From: Elephas maximus
Taxonomy: Eukaryota
Assembly: GCF_024166365.1 (NCBI RefSeq)
Contig: NC_064828.1
Span: forward strand, 30,503,814-30,567,813
Reading direction: 5' to 3'
Length of the DNA stretch: 64,000 bases
The translations under genes and the position numbers were made by a program. The number at the start of each line of letters is the position of its first letter. Position 1 is the first letter of the stretch. The notes under the pieces are model-generated. The model saw only the letters and a program-made list of their open reading frames with translations. It was not told the origin of the DNA and ran no database searches. Shown here in pieces: positions 10,901 through 22,933 of the stretch.

Positions 10901-11981
10901 CTATAGCACAAACAACGTAAATGGACAGAAAAAGAGCCTACTTTAGTCCACCTCTCTCAGACTCCTCAGTTCCCCCATGAATTCCTCAGGAGTGAAATAT
11001 AAAACAAAATTTATTACCTGCCCTACAAATCCTGGTATTCTTTCCGTTTTTCTTGTATCAGTGTTCATCATTACCATCCCTTTATTTGCTCAAACTAGGA
11101 ATCTCTAGCATTCTTGACTTTTCCTTCCCTCCCTACCTTCAGCTGATCAATAAGTCCTGTCGATTCTACCTTCAGCACATGCCTACATCTATCTCTCCTT
11201 CTCATCCCCACAGTCCGAGTCAGGGCAGGTGTGTATTTTCTGGACTCCAGCAATAGCTATAAAAGTGGTCTCTGTCTTTAGTATGGCTATACTACTACCC
11301 ATTCTCCATATTTGCCACCAGTCCTCTTCCTAAAATTCAGGTTATTCTGCTCAAAATTCTGTCAGAATAAAACCCAAAGTTCTTAGCACTGTGCCCTCCA
11401 CAGCCTGGTCCTGGTTTATCTTCTCAAACCAATTTCACCCCCATCCCAGCGTGCACCCCAGCACCTAGAATATACCACACACCTTCACGCCTCCATGCCT
11501 TTTGTTGAGGCCACTCTCTTTTCCTGAAACACTCTTCCTTTCCCTTACTGACCCAGAAAACTCCTAATCATTCTTTAAGCCCAGCCACCAATGTCATCTC
11601 TTTCCTATACTTTCTCAAATTTTGCAGCCCCAGGAATTTCATAGGTACCCTCTCTATGACTTTAACCACTCTGAGGGTTGGTGGCACTTTACTTGCATGC
11701 ACATTCTTTTACTGTGAGCTTCCTTAGTTAGAGAATAAATGTCACGTCTCTGGTTCACACTGCCTGGCCCAGCGGTGGACATAAAGTAAGCACTTGATAA
11801 TTATTCATTTAAACTGACATGAGGGGGAGCAGAAAACAATCTCCCAGGAAATCTTTTCCTTTCAATAACTAACATCCCATTGCCCTAGTTCAGAAGCAGA
11901 GGTGGAGTGATTTGAGTAAAATCCTGGGTATAAAGAGACTATTATTGTTCCTTTTATATTACCCCAGCTGCCTCCTTTCAC

Positions 11982-12106
11982 CTGAAATTTCTAGACGTTG
12001 AACCCGTCTGCAGTTCCACTTGCCACTCACTGACTTTTTCATCAGCACTCAGAACGAAGAAGGCGTGTGCCGAGGACCAGATCAGGGCACTGACGCGGCC
12101 TGGAGC
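11982..12106 (-). CDS. TEP1: TEP1 exon APGRVSALIWSSAHAFFVLSADEKVSEWQVELQTGSTSRNF(S).
   Basis: Acceptor acaccAG (12108-12107), donor GTGAAA (11981-). Confidence 0.8.
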
Positions 12107-12270
12107 CTGGTGTACACAACAGGTTAGAGCTAGTATTTCTGAGCAGCCAGGATTGACCCTCTCTCCCCTCCCAGGCATATATACAATCTCTAACCCTGGC
12201 AAGTACCATTAAATCCATAGCTGGGGCAGAACTCACATACAGCAAAGAGCTGAGGCTGCCCCAAACTCAC

Positions 12271-12407
12271 CTGTGCTGTGGCCACAGCCTTTGCTTCCTG
12301 CCACAGGATCAGTTCCCCAGTTAGACTCCCAGACACTGCCATGGAACCATCCGGAGCCCAGGCCACAGCAGTGATGGCTGCAGAATTCTTAGGTATATAT
12401 GTGTCAT
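12271..12407 (-). CDS. TEP1: TEP1 WD exon (D)DTYIPKNSAAITAVAWAPDGSMAVSGSLTGELILWQEAKAVATAQ.
   Basis: Acceptor ttctctccAG (12409-12408), donor GTGAGT (12270-). Confidence 0.82.
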
Positions 12408-12766
12408 CTGGAGAGAAAAGAAAGCACTTCATTAGAAGCTGGACCCCTGCTGGGGTACAAGAGGCGATGCTAGGCTATCTCAGTAACACACCCCTCTTTA
12501 CACCTTGCCTCTCTCCACACTTCACTCACCTGCTTCCTTAGGTACCTGCCAGAGCCGTACAGAGCCATCCTCAGAGGCAGTCAGCAAGAGGCCTGAGATG
12601 TCTGAGACAGCAGCTGCACTGACTGGGCCACTGTGTTCCAGGAGGGTGTGTGTTTGAAACACCTAGGAAGAAGGGATGGAGATGGGCATGGAGGGTTGAC
12701 ACAAGAGAAGGCTGCCCCACACGCCCTCTCTACCACCCCCTACCCCAGTTCTTGCAGGGAGCTCAC

Positions 12767-12843
12767 CAAGAGTGGATGCCACAACCTTGTGGTCCCATCC
12801 AGTCCCACAGTCACCACTAGAAGCTCTGACCCAGGCTGGCCAG
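12767..12843 (-). CDS. TEP1: TEP1 WD exon (A)GQPGSELLVVTVGLDGTTRLWHPLL.
   Basis: Acceptor ctgaacAG (12845-12844), donor GTGAGC (12766-). Phase 1 entry matches the previous exon. Confidence 0.78.
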
Positions 12844-12941
12844 CTGTTCAGACATAGCAATGGAGTGAGAAGAAAGGAAGAAGCAGGGGAGAAGGGGAAA
12901 GGTGAGGAGTGCGGGAGGGAAGGTGGCTGGTGTTCCATTAC

Positions 12942-13074
12942 CTGCACGTGGCTCCTGGACAGCTGCACAGTGGCTGATGGGTCCTGAGTGAGCAGGGATG
13001 CTTGTCAGCTCCACGCCCTGATGGTCCCAAACTTTCAAGGTCCCGTCCCGGCCCACAGATACCACGTGCTCCTC
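12942..13074 (-). CDS. TEP1: TEP1 WD exon EEHVVSVGRDGTLKVWDHQGVELTSIPAHSGPISHCAAVQEPRA(A).
   Basis: Acceptor gggggcAG (13076-13075), donor GTAATG (12941-). Confidence 0.82.
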
Positions 13075-13498
13075 CTGCCCCCAGAGCACAGCATCAGAGC
13101 AGAGTTACACTGAGCAGGACATGGAAGTATGACTCCCATGACAGAGGTGTGGGCTGGGTATTGGGGCTTAACCGTAAAACAACCCACTGCCAGCAAGTCA
13201 GTTCCCACTCACGGCGACCTCATGTGTTGCAGAGTAGAATGGAGCTCCATAGGGTTTTCTTGGCTGGGATCTTTACAGAAGCCCCTCATGATACTAAGAT
13301 GCTGCGCTGGCATGTTCCCCATACTTCCCCTCACACCAACCTTCAGCCTCGATGCCCTAATCCTGCCCCAACCCAGTCCCAAGCATCACATTCTTTATAC
13401 TTCTTTCGCCTTTCAGATGAGACACCCAATGCATCCAGTCTCACAAAGCCCCCCAGCCCTCCCAAAGACCCCTGGTGAGCTCTCCACTGTCTTCTCAC

Positions 13499-13606
13499 CA
13501 CGGCCGCCACAGCGCTCACGGCACTCTGATGACCCAGGAACTGACGAAGCTGCTGTCCTGACTCAGGGTTCCACAGCCCCACCGAGCCGTCACTGGAGCA
13601 GGAGAT
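13499..13606 (-). CDS. TEP1: TEP1 WD exon ISCSSDGSVGLWNPESGQQLRQFLGHQSAVSAVAAV.
   Basis: Acceptor ctcctcAG (13608-13607), donor GTGAGA (13498-). 36 codons. Confidence 0.82.
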
Positions 13607-14528
13607 CTGAGGAGTTAGAGCGTAGAGGCATGGGATCATCAGCATCCCTCCAGCATTTCTGTATGCTTATAACGTGATTCAGAGCACAGGCTCTCCTGGG
13701 TTCAAATTCGAGCTCCACCCTTCATTCTCTTGTGATCTGGGCCAAGTTCATTTCCGAGCCTGAGGTTTCTCACCTATTCAATGAGGATAACGATAGCGTA
13801 CTTATCTGGTATGGTGGTTACAGGGCTGGGTGTGTCCACATAAAGGACTCAGCACACTGCTTGGCACATGGTGAGCACTTACTGAATAGTAGCTATTGTC
13901 TTTAATGTCAGTCAACAAACCCAGAGAAAGGTGAAAATTCTGTCAATGCCGAGGAAAGCTCTGGCTTCCTAGAAGCCAGGGGTAGGATAGAATCTGACAA
14001 GTCTATGCAACCAATAGTCATTCCTTCCTCATCCCTTTTCGAGAACAACATGAGGCTTCTACATGGGGAAACTAGGATTCACCAACCCTAAGTAAGTATT
14101 TGAGACTTGCTTTTGCCTTAGAAATCACAGCAGTATCCTTTACCTCCAGGGACAGGGTACATCCCAAGTCCCTGGGGGAGACAGTACTGTGTTCTTATTA
14201 GGAGCATGGGCTTTCTTATCAGAAAGAGTTTCCTGGGTCAGCTTCATCACTGATGTGACCTTAGATGTGTTCTTTAACCTACCTGACCTCAATTTTCTTG
14301 TCGGTGAAATGGAGAGAAACAGTCGTATCTACTTTATGGGGTCGTTAAGTGAGATACTGCGTGCAAAGAGCTTAGTACAATGCCTGGCACATAGTAAGTG
14401 CTCAACAAATGTCAGCTATTACTATTATTGATGGGTGTTAGAAAAAGGCTGAGTGGAGGCAGATGGGGAGTGTTGTCCTCCCTCAGGAACCCTGCTGAGC
14501 TTTGCCCCATCCCTACCCCTTCACTCAC

Positions 14529-14642
14529 CAGTAGGTTGTCTCTGGTCCAGGCACAGCCAGTGACCCAGTCACGGTGACAGGCAGAGAAGGAGCGAATCAG
14601 AACGGGGGCACTGGGTGTCCTCACATCCCAGCAGAGCAGACT
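14529..14642 (-). CDS. TEP1: TEP1 WD exon SLLCWDVRTPSAPVLIRSFSACHRDWVTGCAWTRDNLL.
   Basis: Acceptor ctatccAG (14644-14643), donor GTGAGT (14528-). 38 codons. Confidence 0.8.
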
Positions 14643-14912
14643 CTGGATAGGTCAAAGGAGAGAAAGGAGTTAGGGCCATAGAGGGAGGTGAGAATACCAG
14701 GGCTGTTTCAGGTGGGAAGTTTCAAAGAAACTCGGTGTCGAGGGAATGAGGGTAGACAAATCGAACAAAGGGGGTATGGACTGGCAAAGAGCAGGATGGA
14801 ATGATGGGGAATGGACTGTTAAGGAGCCTAGCAACCAGAGAGATTGCGGAACTTGGGGAGACTGGGGGCCCAGGGGAAGGAGGACCCAGGGTTGCAGCCT
14901 TCTGTGGCTCAC

Positions 14913-15073
14913 CCGATCCCTGCCCCCGGTGGCCAGGCTGCCTCCATCAGTGCTGAAGCTGCAGCAGTTTACAGGGCCCTCATGTCCTCGAAGCTCAATG
15001 CCACAAGGAAATTCTTCTGCCTTTTGTGGCAGGGTCAGGAGCCCCCTGGGCCACAGCCGCACTGTGAAGTCCT
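14913..15073 (-). CDS. TEP1: TEP1 WD exon (E)DFTVRLWPRGLLTLPQKAEEFPCGIELRGHEGPVNCCSFSTDGGSLATGGRDR.
   Basis: Acceptor caatgcAG (15075-15074), donor GTGAGC (14912-). Confidence 0.8.
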
Positions 15074-15699
15074 CTGCATTGGAAACAGGGAGAAAGAAAG
15101 GGTTCCTGAATGAGGAAGAAAGACAGGCCTGGGAGCCCAAGGACAAAAGCAATCAGCAGGGCTGGGGTGATGTCTGTGGGCACAGCACCAAAGGAGGGAT
15201 GACTGAGTCACGAGACTGTGGAGAGGCCCTGGGCAAGTCAGTCATCATGTAAGAACACAGGTCAGGAACACCAGGCACTCCAGCTCCTTGTCTAATTCCC
15301 TACTGAACTTCCCACGGCAGCTGTTCCAGACCTCTCCTCTTCTCAAGTGCCCAGTGTCACTTCCACATCACCATCAGTGAGGACCAAGCCTCCCCCTAAA
15401 GAGGACTAAGGCCATTCTGCATTTTCACCTCAACATCTCTCTCTCTCCTCCTAAGGGACACCCATCCCTTTACCCAGCAAAGTCCTCCACTGGGCAGGGA
15501 CCCAAAGGATTATTGGGATTGCAAAGAAGTCCCAAGATCAGGGTTAGTAAAAGGAGAAGAAACAAAGTCTAGACTGATTATTCAAAATAAATGCATTTAA
15601 AAGCACTTTGGAAGTCATAAAAATAAAAGTTATATATGCATATATACGTGTGTGTATACAAATGTGTACACATGTATGCAATATACATATTCACATAAC

Positions 15700-15848
15700 A
15701 AAAACCAAACTTGTTGCCATCAACTCAGTTCTGACTCATAGCGACCCTACAGAACAGAGTAGAACTACCCCATAGGATTTCCAAGGAGCAGCTGGTAGAT
15801 TCGAACTGCTGACCTTTTGGTTAGCGGCCAAGCTCTTAACTACATACA
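15700..15848 (-). mobile_element. AfroSINE, - orientation. Forms an inverted pair with 15866..16063.
   Basis: ttgccatcaactcagttctgactcatagcgaccctacag...ggttagcggccaagctcttaac. Confidence 0.85.
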
Positions 15849-15865
15849 GTTATATACATATACAA

Positions 15866-16063
15866 GGAGCCCTGGTGATGTAGTGGTTAAGCACTTGGCT
15901 GGTTCAAACCAAAGGTCAGTGGTTCAAACACACCAGCCTCTCTGCAGGAGAAAGATGTGGCAATCTGATTCTGTAAAGGTTGCTGCCTTGGAAGCCCTGT
16001 GGGCAGCTCTACTGTCCTATGGAGCCACGATGAGTCAGAATCGACGTGACGGCAACGGTTTTG
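15866..16063 (+). mobile_element. AfroSINE, + orientation.
   Basis: ggagccctggtgatgtagtggttaagcac...gagtcagaatcgacgtgacggcaacgg. Confidence 0.85.
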
Positions 16064-16172
16064 GTATTATATACACATATATATAAATTCATATGCATAT
16101 ACATATAAATCGAAGGTATTCACGTTTACAAGGACCAGTGATTCAGCAACCCTGCCCACTGCACAGCAGTAC

Positions 16173-16385
16173 CTGAGACAGAAGCCAGGAGTTCCTGGGA
16201 GGTAGCCAGTCCCAGCACAGGCTTCTGGTATTTGGACAGGAGCCAGAGCGACTGGACGGAGCTTTTCTTGAAAGCCCAGCCCTGCAGAGACCCATCTTCC
16301 GCACCGCTCACCAAAACCTCGGGGCTGAGCCAGGCCAGTGCGGACACTGCCACATGCACTGCTTTACACTGACCCTCCTGGGAAC
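16173..16385 (-). CDS. TEP1: TEP1 WD exon (G)SQEGQCKAVHVAVSALAWLSPEVLVSGAEDGSLQGWAFKKSSVQSLWLLSKYQKPVLGLATSQELLASVS(E).
   Basis: Acceptor ttctgtAG (16387-16386), donor GTACTG (16172-). Phase 1 to phase 1. Confidence 0.78.
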
Positions 16386-16493
16386 CTACAGAATGAGTGA
16401 AAACAAGAGTAAGACACTTGGAAAGGGGGTGGGAATTAGGGGATGGCCCCCTTTCCAAAGGGGCAAATACTGAATCCCTTCCCCCTTCAGTAC

Positions 16494-16647
16494 CTGAAGA
16501 GATTCTGCAGATCCTAATGCCATCTGCTCGGTACCCAACAGCCACCCGATCACCATCTGGGCTGAGAGCCACGCACAGGGCAGGAGAGAGAGAAGGGGAA
16601 CCCAGGCACCCACGGGGCCGACCCAGAGACCCTGACCACACTTGGAC
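16494..16647 (-). CDS. TEP1: TEP1 WD exon VQVWSGSLGRPRGCLGSPSLSPALCVALSPDGDRVAVGYRADGIRICRISS(G).
   Basis: Acceptor ctgccccAG (16649-16648), donor GTACTG (16493-). Ends in phase 1. Confidence 0.78.
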
Positions 16648-16895
16648 CTGGGGCAGAGAAAAGGATTTGAACATATTCCACCTCTGCCACCTGATTCTTC
16701 ACCCCCAGAGTTACCCCGCCCCGATACTTCCAGAGGCTCTTCTCATGAGAACTGCCCAAGCATGCCCACCCCTCCCTGTAGCTTCCACCAGTCAAGCTTC
16801 CTTCATAGTCTCCTTAGCAAACACACCCTCACCCAACACTCCCTGCCTTTGGGACTCCCTCCTCACCACCCACCCCCAGACCGCTATAACCTGAC

Positions 16896-17108
16896 CTTGC
16901 CATCCTCTCCAGCTGTCAGTAACTGGCTCCCAGCGTGCAGGAAAAGGGTACAAGCAACAAAGCCATGGTGGGCAGGGAAGGCAGCCAGCCGCGCCCCCTC
17001 TTGCCAGGCCCACAGCTCCACCATCCTGTCCAGCCGACCTACAGCTACAACTCGCCCAGGGGCATTGAAGGCCAAGGTACGGACAGAGGCTCCTGGGGCC
17101 CCCAGTTC
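16896..17108 (-). CDS. TEP1: TEP1 WD exon ELGAPGASVRTLAFNAPGRVVAVGRLDRMVELWAWQEGARLAAFPAHHGFVACTLFLHAGSQLLTAGEDGK.
   Basis: Acceptor cccctgtAG (17110-17109), donor GTCAGG (16895-). 71 codons, phase 0. Confidence 0.78.
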
Positions 17109-17835
17109 CTACAGGGGAGTTAGAAATTGAAATGTCAGGGCCTGCTCTTAATACAAGCCCAGTGACACAGACGGCTGATGTCTGTCATTCCCTACCTCCC
17201 ATCCTCCTGTGCTTCTTCCCCCAGGGGGTGACACAGGACCTTCTTACCTTGGTGACTTTGAGCCCGTCCACCTGGAAGAAGCTGAAGCTGCCAGCCCAGC
17301 TGCCTATGGCTATCACCTGGCCCTCTGGGTGGAAGGCAACGCAGTTGAGGGGCTTAGGACAGGTGTGCTGAGAGGCCAGCTGCCCACGGACTGTGTCCCA
17401 CAGCTGGACAAGACAGGGGAGGTGTCAGAGTGCTGAATACACACTCCTGAGCTTCCAGTCCCAGAGCTCTAGGGGTCATCTTGTCCAGTCCCCCACCCTC
17501 AGCAGGGAAGGCCTCCACAGGCCAAGCCCTCAGCTGCTTCTGCCACTGACAGAACCTCCTCGCCAGCTGGCTCACGGTTCAGAGTCACCTGGACCACCAC
17601 AGCCCTCTAGGCATTACCTTGAGACATCTTCCCAGGCACACGGTGGCTAGGAGCCGGCGGTCTGGACTTAGGCAGCAGCTGGTGATTTGGTGCTGGTGAG
17701 CCTTGGTCTGGAGCACTCTGTCCCAGGAAGTCGAAGTCAGGCCCTGGCCATAGGCTCCCTCCTCATTTCCCTCCCCTGGCCTTCCGACAAATGGGTAAGG
17801 CCCTCAGTGCAGGGCATGGAGGAGGGACCTCTTAC

Positions 17836-17960
17836 CGACAACCATGCTGCAGGTCCCAGAGCTCCAGGAGCCCGTCAAAGGCAGTAAGGAAGACAGATGT
17901 GTCCGAGAGGAACAAACAGGAAGAGATGCCATCGCAGCCACTTACCACAGACTTCTCCTC
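17836..17960 (-). CDS. TEP1: TEP1 WD exon (approximate) EEKSVVSGCDGISSCLFLSDTSVFLTAFDGLLELWDLQHGCR.
   Basis: Minus-strand ORF 17832..18044. Donor ccg|GTGAG at its end. Confidence 0.5.
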
Positions 17961-18843
17961 CTGTGACAGCAAGTGGGAAAGCTCAGCACAGGCCACTGCC
18001 ATGTCCCCCCGCTCCAGGCCCCACCAAAAAGAGTGCCAAGGCAAGGACTCGAGCCCTCGACTATCTACATTCCCAGGCCACGCACAGGTTCAAGTGCAGC
18101 TACTTCTCCCTCACTCCAAGCCCCATGCCAATCCCCAAGTCACAGAGAGAATCTGGTGCACTACCTCTGAAAATCAACCACTGAAAACCCTAAGGAGCAC
18201 AGTTCTACTCTAACACACAGGGGGTCGCCATGAGTCAGAATCAACCCTGCAGCATCTGGTTTGGTTTTGGTGTTTTGGAGGATGGAACGGGCTTATGAGC
18301 ACACATGTATATGTTGGGGTGTGGGGGATGATATGGATGTGAAGAGAAGAGACAGTGGCTATAGGATCCCTCTCCAGCCTAATCTACTATTGACTTCCCA
18401 TGAGCACCCTCTGCTGAAATCATTTCTAGCAATTTACAGGAAACATTCTCCCCTCTGGGTTTCTACTCAGGCTCCTCACTCAACCTGAAATACCTGCCCT
18501 TCTCTATCCTATGTCCTCCTAGAACTGTACAACTCACTCTGCCTTACTTACATCCCACTACTATGTTTTGGCTCCTTTTTTTTTTTTTTTTTATGTGTTA
18601 TCTCCCAGTAAAACTGACCAGCTTTGTGGGCAAAGACAATGTCATAAGCCCTGTGAATGAAGGCGTATGGCAAACATTTGCTGTGATTGATTTTTTGAAG
18701 GAGCCCTTTTGATTGCATGTGAGGGAAGTGAAGTTGCTGAATTAACGACAGTGACAGCAAGTGGGCTTTGGCTTCTCCAGGGCTTCAGGGTAGTCCCTGA
18801 GGCTTTTCTGAAGGTGAACTCTGCCCTGTCTTGATCATCCTCC

Positions 18844-18970
18844 TACCTGCCACGAGTTCAAGTCCAACAGGTAAACTGTCCCACTGGCAGTGCCCACAAC
18901 TGCTCTTTGCCCATTGGGAGAGATCGCCACAGCTGTGGGGGACGTGGAAACTGACAGAGACAGGCTGGAG
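18844..18970 (-). CDS. TEP1: TEP1 first WD-repeat exon (approximate) SSSLSLSVSTSPTAVAISPNGQRAVVGTASGTVYLLDLNSWQ.
   Basis: C-terminal part of ORF 18835..19353. Donor cag|GTAGGA near 18843. Confidence 0.5.
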
Positions 18971-19159
18971 CTAAAGAAAGAGCAGAAAGAAACAGAGGAA
19001 ATGAGGGAAAGGACAGGACCATGAACCCATTTCTGTGTCTCTGTGCCCGAATCCCCCCTCCACAGTGACTCTAGTCTGTCCTTTATTCTCGTTGCCAAAT
19101 GGGCTGCAGCTAGTTTCTCTGGTGGGCTTTCTAGGGTCTGGGGTTGAGTGTCTTGCCTT

Positions 19160-19400
19160 TGTTGACCCCCCATGGTCTGGGGTTTATTAAGCCATCGCAC
19201 TGTGCGTGGGAGTTGCCGTCGCTGGGAGAGCTGTGGGGCCTGGTGACAAAGAGGCGAGTCCAGAGGCTGGTTAGCTGCCTGCTGGTATAGGAGCAGTGGG
19301 TACTGTCTGAGGACTGGAGCCTGCTGCCTCAGGAAGGTGCGAAATACTGCCACGTCAGCATCAGGGAGATTTTGTTCCTCTTCAGAGACTGAAGAAACTG
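19160..19400 (-). CDS. TEP1: TEP1 exon (approximate) ...AVFRTFLRQQAPVLRQYPLLLYQQAANQPLDSPLCHQAPQLSQRRQLPRTVRWLNKPQTM...
   Basis: N-terminal part of minus-strand ORF 18835..19353. It extends upstream of the ORF start. Confidence 0.45.
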
Positions 19401-19571
19401 TAAAAGAGATAGAGTGTTACCGGGGAGCCGTTCTGGACTCCATTAACCTCAGCACCTACGAACTCAAACGGGGTGTCTAAAAAGGTAATTCTCAAACTCT
19501 GGCCCTCTGGCCACACATCAGGTATGCCTGTTAAAAGTACAAAGCTTCGGACCCCACTCCAGACCTAAAAA

Positions 19572-19775
19572 AACCAAAACCAGTTGCCAGAGTTGACTAT
19601 GACTCATGGCGACTCCATATATGTCTGAGTAGAACTGTGCTCCACAAGGTTTTCAAATGGCTGATTTTTCAGAGGTAGATCGATCACCAGACCTTTCTTC
19701 CAAGGCACCGCTGGGTGAACTTGAACCTCCAACCTTTCGGTTAGCAGCCAAGCACATTAACCATTTGTACCATAC
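19572..19775 (-). mobile_element. AfroSINE, - orientation.
   Basis: SINE consensus in reverse complement. Confidence 0.8.
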
Positions 19776-19828
19776 ACGGACTCTCACTCCAGACCTAGGA
19801 AATCATAATCTGAAGACCCAACCAGAAA

Positions 19829-19989
19829 AAACCAAACCCAGTGCCATCGAGTTGATTCCGACTCATAGCGACCCTATAGGACAGAGTAGAACTCCCCCAT
19901 AGAGTTTCCAAGGAGCGCCTAGCGGATTCGAACTGCCAACCCTTTGGTTAGCAGCTGTAGCACTTAACCACTACGTCACCAGGGTTTCC
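19829..19989 (-). mobile_element. AfroSINE, - orientation.
   Basis: cccagtgccatcgagttgattccgactcatagcgaccctatagg...ggttagcagctgtagcacttaaccactacgtcaccaggg. Confidence 0.85.
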
Positions 19990-20258
19990 TCTGAAGACCC
20001 AGGGATGTAGAATTTGAATAAGTTTCTTACCGTGTGTCCATTAAATTTTATGCCCATTAAATAAGGCTTGAGAAACTCTGGTCTAAGAGATCCAGACAAA
20101 AGATCTCCTCAGAATCACTTGCTTACCCCCTTGGCTTCTTCAGCATGGAATGGAAATGTGACTCTTCTTTCCATTCACCTCCTCCTGTACAGGCCCCCCA
20201 CATCCACACTCAGGGACCCCGTATCTCAGAGAAGAGACCACTCAGTGGCTCCTCTCAC

Positions 20259-20373
20259 CATAGAGGGCGTGGGCCTCCAGGAGCCGAGAGATCAGGCCCA
20301 GTTCCAGATGTGCCGCCACCACGTGGAGGTTGGTGAGGAACTTCGCAAGGAGGCCACGGTTCCCGCTTTGGAG
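20259..20373 (-). CDS. TEP1: TEP1 exon LQSGNRGLLAKFLTNLHVVAAHLELGLISRLLEAHALY(A).
   Basis: Acceptor ctttccAG (20375-20374), donor GTGAGA (20258-). Missing from the ORF track because it is shorter than 60 aa. Confidence 0.75.
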
Positions 20374-20938
20374 CTGGAAAGAGTCAGACTGGATTCATTA
20401 GAGATTTAAGAGGCTGTGAAGAGGGATAGTGTCTTAGATTCTTCCTGTGCAGCTGGGACTGAGACCCAGGAGCTTGGACAAAGGATCTGAGGAAGGAGAG
20501 AAGGAAAACAGAAAGGAGAGGCATGGGGAGTTTGGGAGGTGGGTAAAGGCAGTGGTGACTGTGGATGGTGGTGGTAATGATGGTTGGGTGATCTCAAAAT
20601 ATTCAAAGCATTGGCTGGGAGAAGGTGTCAGGGGGTCTGAGGACTAACCAGGTGGTAAGGCAGGTCTCCCAGAGCCTCAGGAGGGCAACTTCGGAAGGTA
20701 CCCGAGGCATCAGGGTCACATGTCTTCCAGAGCTGAGCTGCAGGTGAGTCACAGAAGAGACAATGAGATAGGCTTGGGCCTGCAGCATCTCCTAGGTCAC
20801 ATCCTCAGGCTTCAGCAAGAGTCATCCACCCACTGGGGTGGCAAGTGAGAGGTCCAGCCAGTGGGGAACACCAGTGGGTTTCCTTACCATCAAGCTGGAG
20901 CCCCTCATGCAGGGCCCCAGCTGACTATGACCGCAATC

Positions 20939-21076
20939 ACCTGTGATGAGGAGGTGTGCCGTGCTCTCCAGCCCTGGCCTCTTCCCATATCGACGTTTAG
21001 CTGCTGTTCTCAAGGGCCCATCAGGGAGGCAAAGCCGGGCACCAAGGCGCTCCAGAGGGCCTTCTCCTAGCAAACT
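20939..21076 (-). CDS. TEP1: TEP1 exon (approximate) SLLGEGPLERLGARLCLPDGPLRTAAKRRYGKRPGLESTAHLLI.
   Basis: Internal segment of minus-strand ORF 20822..21163. Confidence 0.5.
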
Positions 21077-21331
21077 GTCCTCATATGAGGAAGGGAGAGA
21101 ATGAAGAAGAGGAGAATGAGGAGGCCTGTCAAGGAGCAGCCTGGCACAGTTGCAGACCCTCATTCATACCTGAAATAGTGATAAGTTGAGTGGCCTGGGC
21201 CTTTAGGAGACAGGTGTCAGGGCTATACCAAGGGAAAGGTGGGATGAAGAAGAGATCACCCAGGGCCCTGGCTCAAAGATGGGAAGGCAAAGTGAGATCG
21301 GCAGGGAGCTCAACTGGGGGCACCTGTACCT

Positions 21332-21484
21332 TCGCAGACTCTGGACCAGGTAAGCAAATGAGCCCATGGGGTAGGGGTCCCCACTGTTATCAGCAGCCAC
21401 TGCCTCTTCCCAGGTCTTGCCTCCCCTGGGCAGTAACCGCCATGCACTCAGCACTCCATGCAGCTGGTCCACGGTCAGACCTGA
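21332..21484 (-). CDS. TEP1: TEP1 exon (approximate) SGLTVDQLHGVLSAWRLLPRGGKTWEEAVAADNSGDPYPMGSFAYLVQSLR.
   Basis: Internal segment of minus-strand ORF 21203..21631. Confidence 0.5.
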
Positions 21485-22638
21485 AAACCCAATCTCTCTG
21501 AGGCCCTCATCCAACCTCATAGCACACCCATCCCCATGGCACCTAATCCTCTTTGCACCATTCACCAAGGACCCAACTGAACCAAGGTCATCCAATCCCC
21601 AAGTCTTCAGCCTCCCAACCACTCCCAGCACTGACCATTACGTGTGACCTCAAGGGTGGCCAAGGCTTGGGGAAGGACATCAGGGCCGTGCTCTTGCTCC
21701 AGGGTGTTCAGGATGTGCTGCAACAGCAGGGGGACAGTGGCGGGCAGTGTCCGGAGTCTCTCAGACACCTGGGAGAGAAAGGAGACAGGGCTTAGTCAGG
21801 GGAGGGTGCAGCTTTGGCTAAAGTTTTGGTTATGGGGTAGGAAAGGGGACAACATGAGAAATAGAAGGGAAGGATGAAAAAGAAATAGGTGGGAATAAAA
21901 TGTTGGTGGGGATGAGGTGAGGATGGAGGAATGGATGATCACAAGACTGTAAGGGCTGAGGGCGGGGGAACACAAGGGGTGATGGGATGAGGTGAGGAGA
22001 CAAAGAAGCTGAAGAGAGAACGGAAAGTGGGATTACGACTTAGAGGATGATGAGCATGAGGTTACACCCCTAACTGACCTGTTCATAGAGTGTGAAGAGC
22101 CTCAGGTGATCCGTGACCAAGCGCAGGTAGAGCGGCAGGGCCGATCCCCGCTTCACCAGCAGCAGCCGCATCTGATGAGACTCACAGACTCAGTGTGGGG
22201 ACCAGGGAGACACAGCCCTTGCCCACAGCCAGCCCTTGCACGCCTGGCCTCCACCCCAGCACCAAGCCCACTGCCAGGCAGCAACTCCGCCTCTGAGAGT
22301 CTCCAAAAAGGAGAGGTCCACAGAACCAGGTCAGGTCACAGGCCTCCGTCACCCCACACTGCTCTGCCCAGGGAATCCCTCATGGCTCAGCCTGCCCCAC
22401 CAGGCAACCACAGCCGTACTCTCCTTCCCTCACCCAGGCACGCACCAGGGAGGAAAGGATGGGCTATAGTATAAGCAAGTATGGTTATCCTATTAATGAC
22501 TTCCCCTGGCCTGGAGTTCCTGAGAAAATGAAGGAGCAGGTCTGTGGGGACAGCTGGCAGCCCCAGCACCCCAGGTCCTCAGAGCTCCTAGATTCACTTC
22601 CACACCCACCCACCCACCTGCCCTGGCCTAGATCCAAC

Positions 22639-22818
22639 CTGGTTGTTAAAAGGCGACTCCTCCAGCCGCTTCCCATACAGAGCCAGCTCCTCTCTCACCA
22701 TCCGGGCCCGAGCAGACGGCTCCAGAGGCCCGAGGGCCACCACATGAGCATCCTGGCTCTGCTCCAGGGTCTCCCCCAGGCCCGTGTCCCTAGACATGCT
22801 CAGCACCAGGTGTACCCC
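22639..22818 (-). CDS. TEP1: TEP1 exon GVHLVLSMSRDTGLGETLEQSQDAHVVALGPLEPSARARMVREELALYGKRLEESPFNNQ.
   Basis: Acceptor atcacAG (22820-22819), donor GTTGGA (22638-). 60 codons. Matches human CVHLVLSVSSDAGLGETLEQSQ...ESPFNNQ. Confidence 0.72.
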
Positions 22819-22933
22819 CTGTGATAGTTGGGCAAAGGGCAGAGAGATAAAAGGAAAAGGGGGAGAACAGCATTGGAGAGGTCCCTTCCTCTCCCCAATC
22901 TTCTTCCACCCTCCACCTTCTCCTCATACTCAC

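Noticed and set aside
14746-15252. 168-aa + strand ORF overlapping the TEP1 WD exon 14913-15073
   Set aside because: An antisense frame opposite a real exon. The minus-strand reading has the splice sites and the homology.
18835-19353. A single 172-aa minus-strand ORF that looks like one long exon
   Set aside because: Only its N-terminal (~19160-19400) and C-terminal (~18844-18970) parts match TEP1. The middle is an intron read through in frame, so I split it into two approximate exons.
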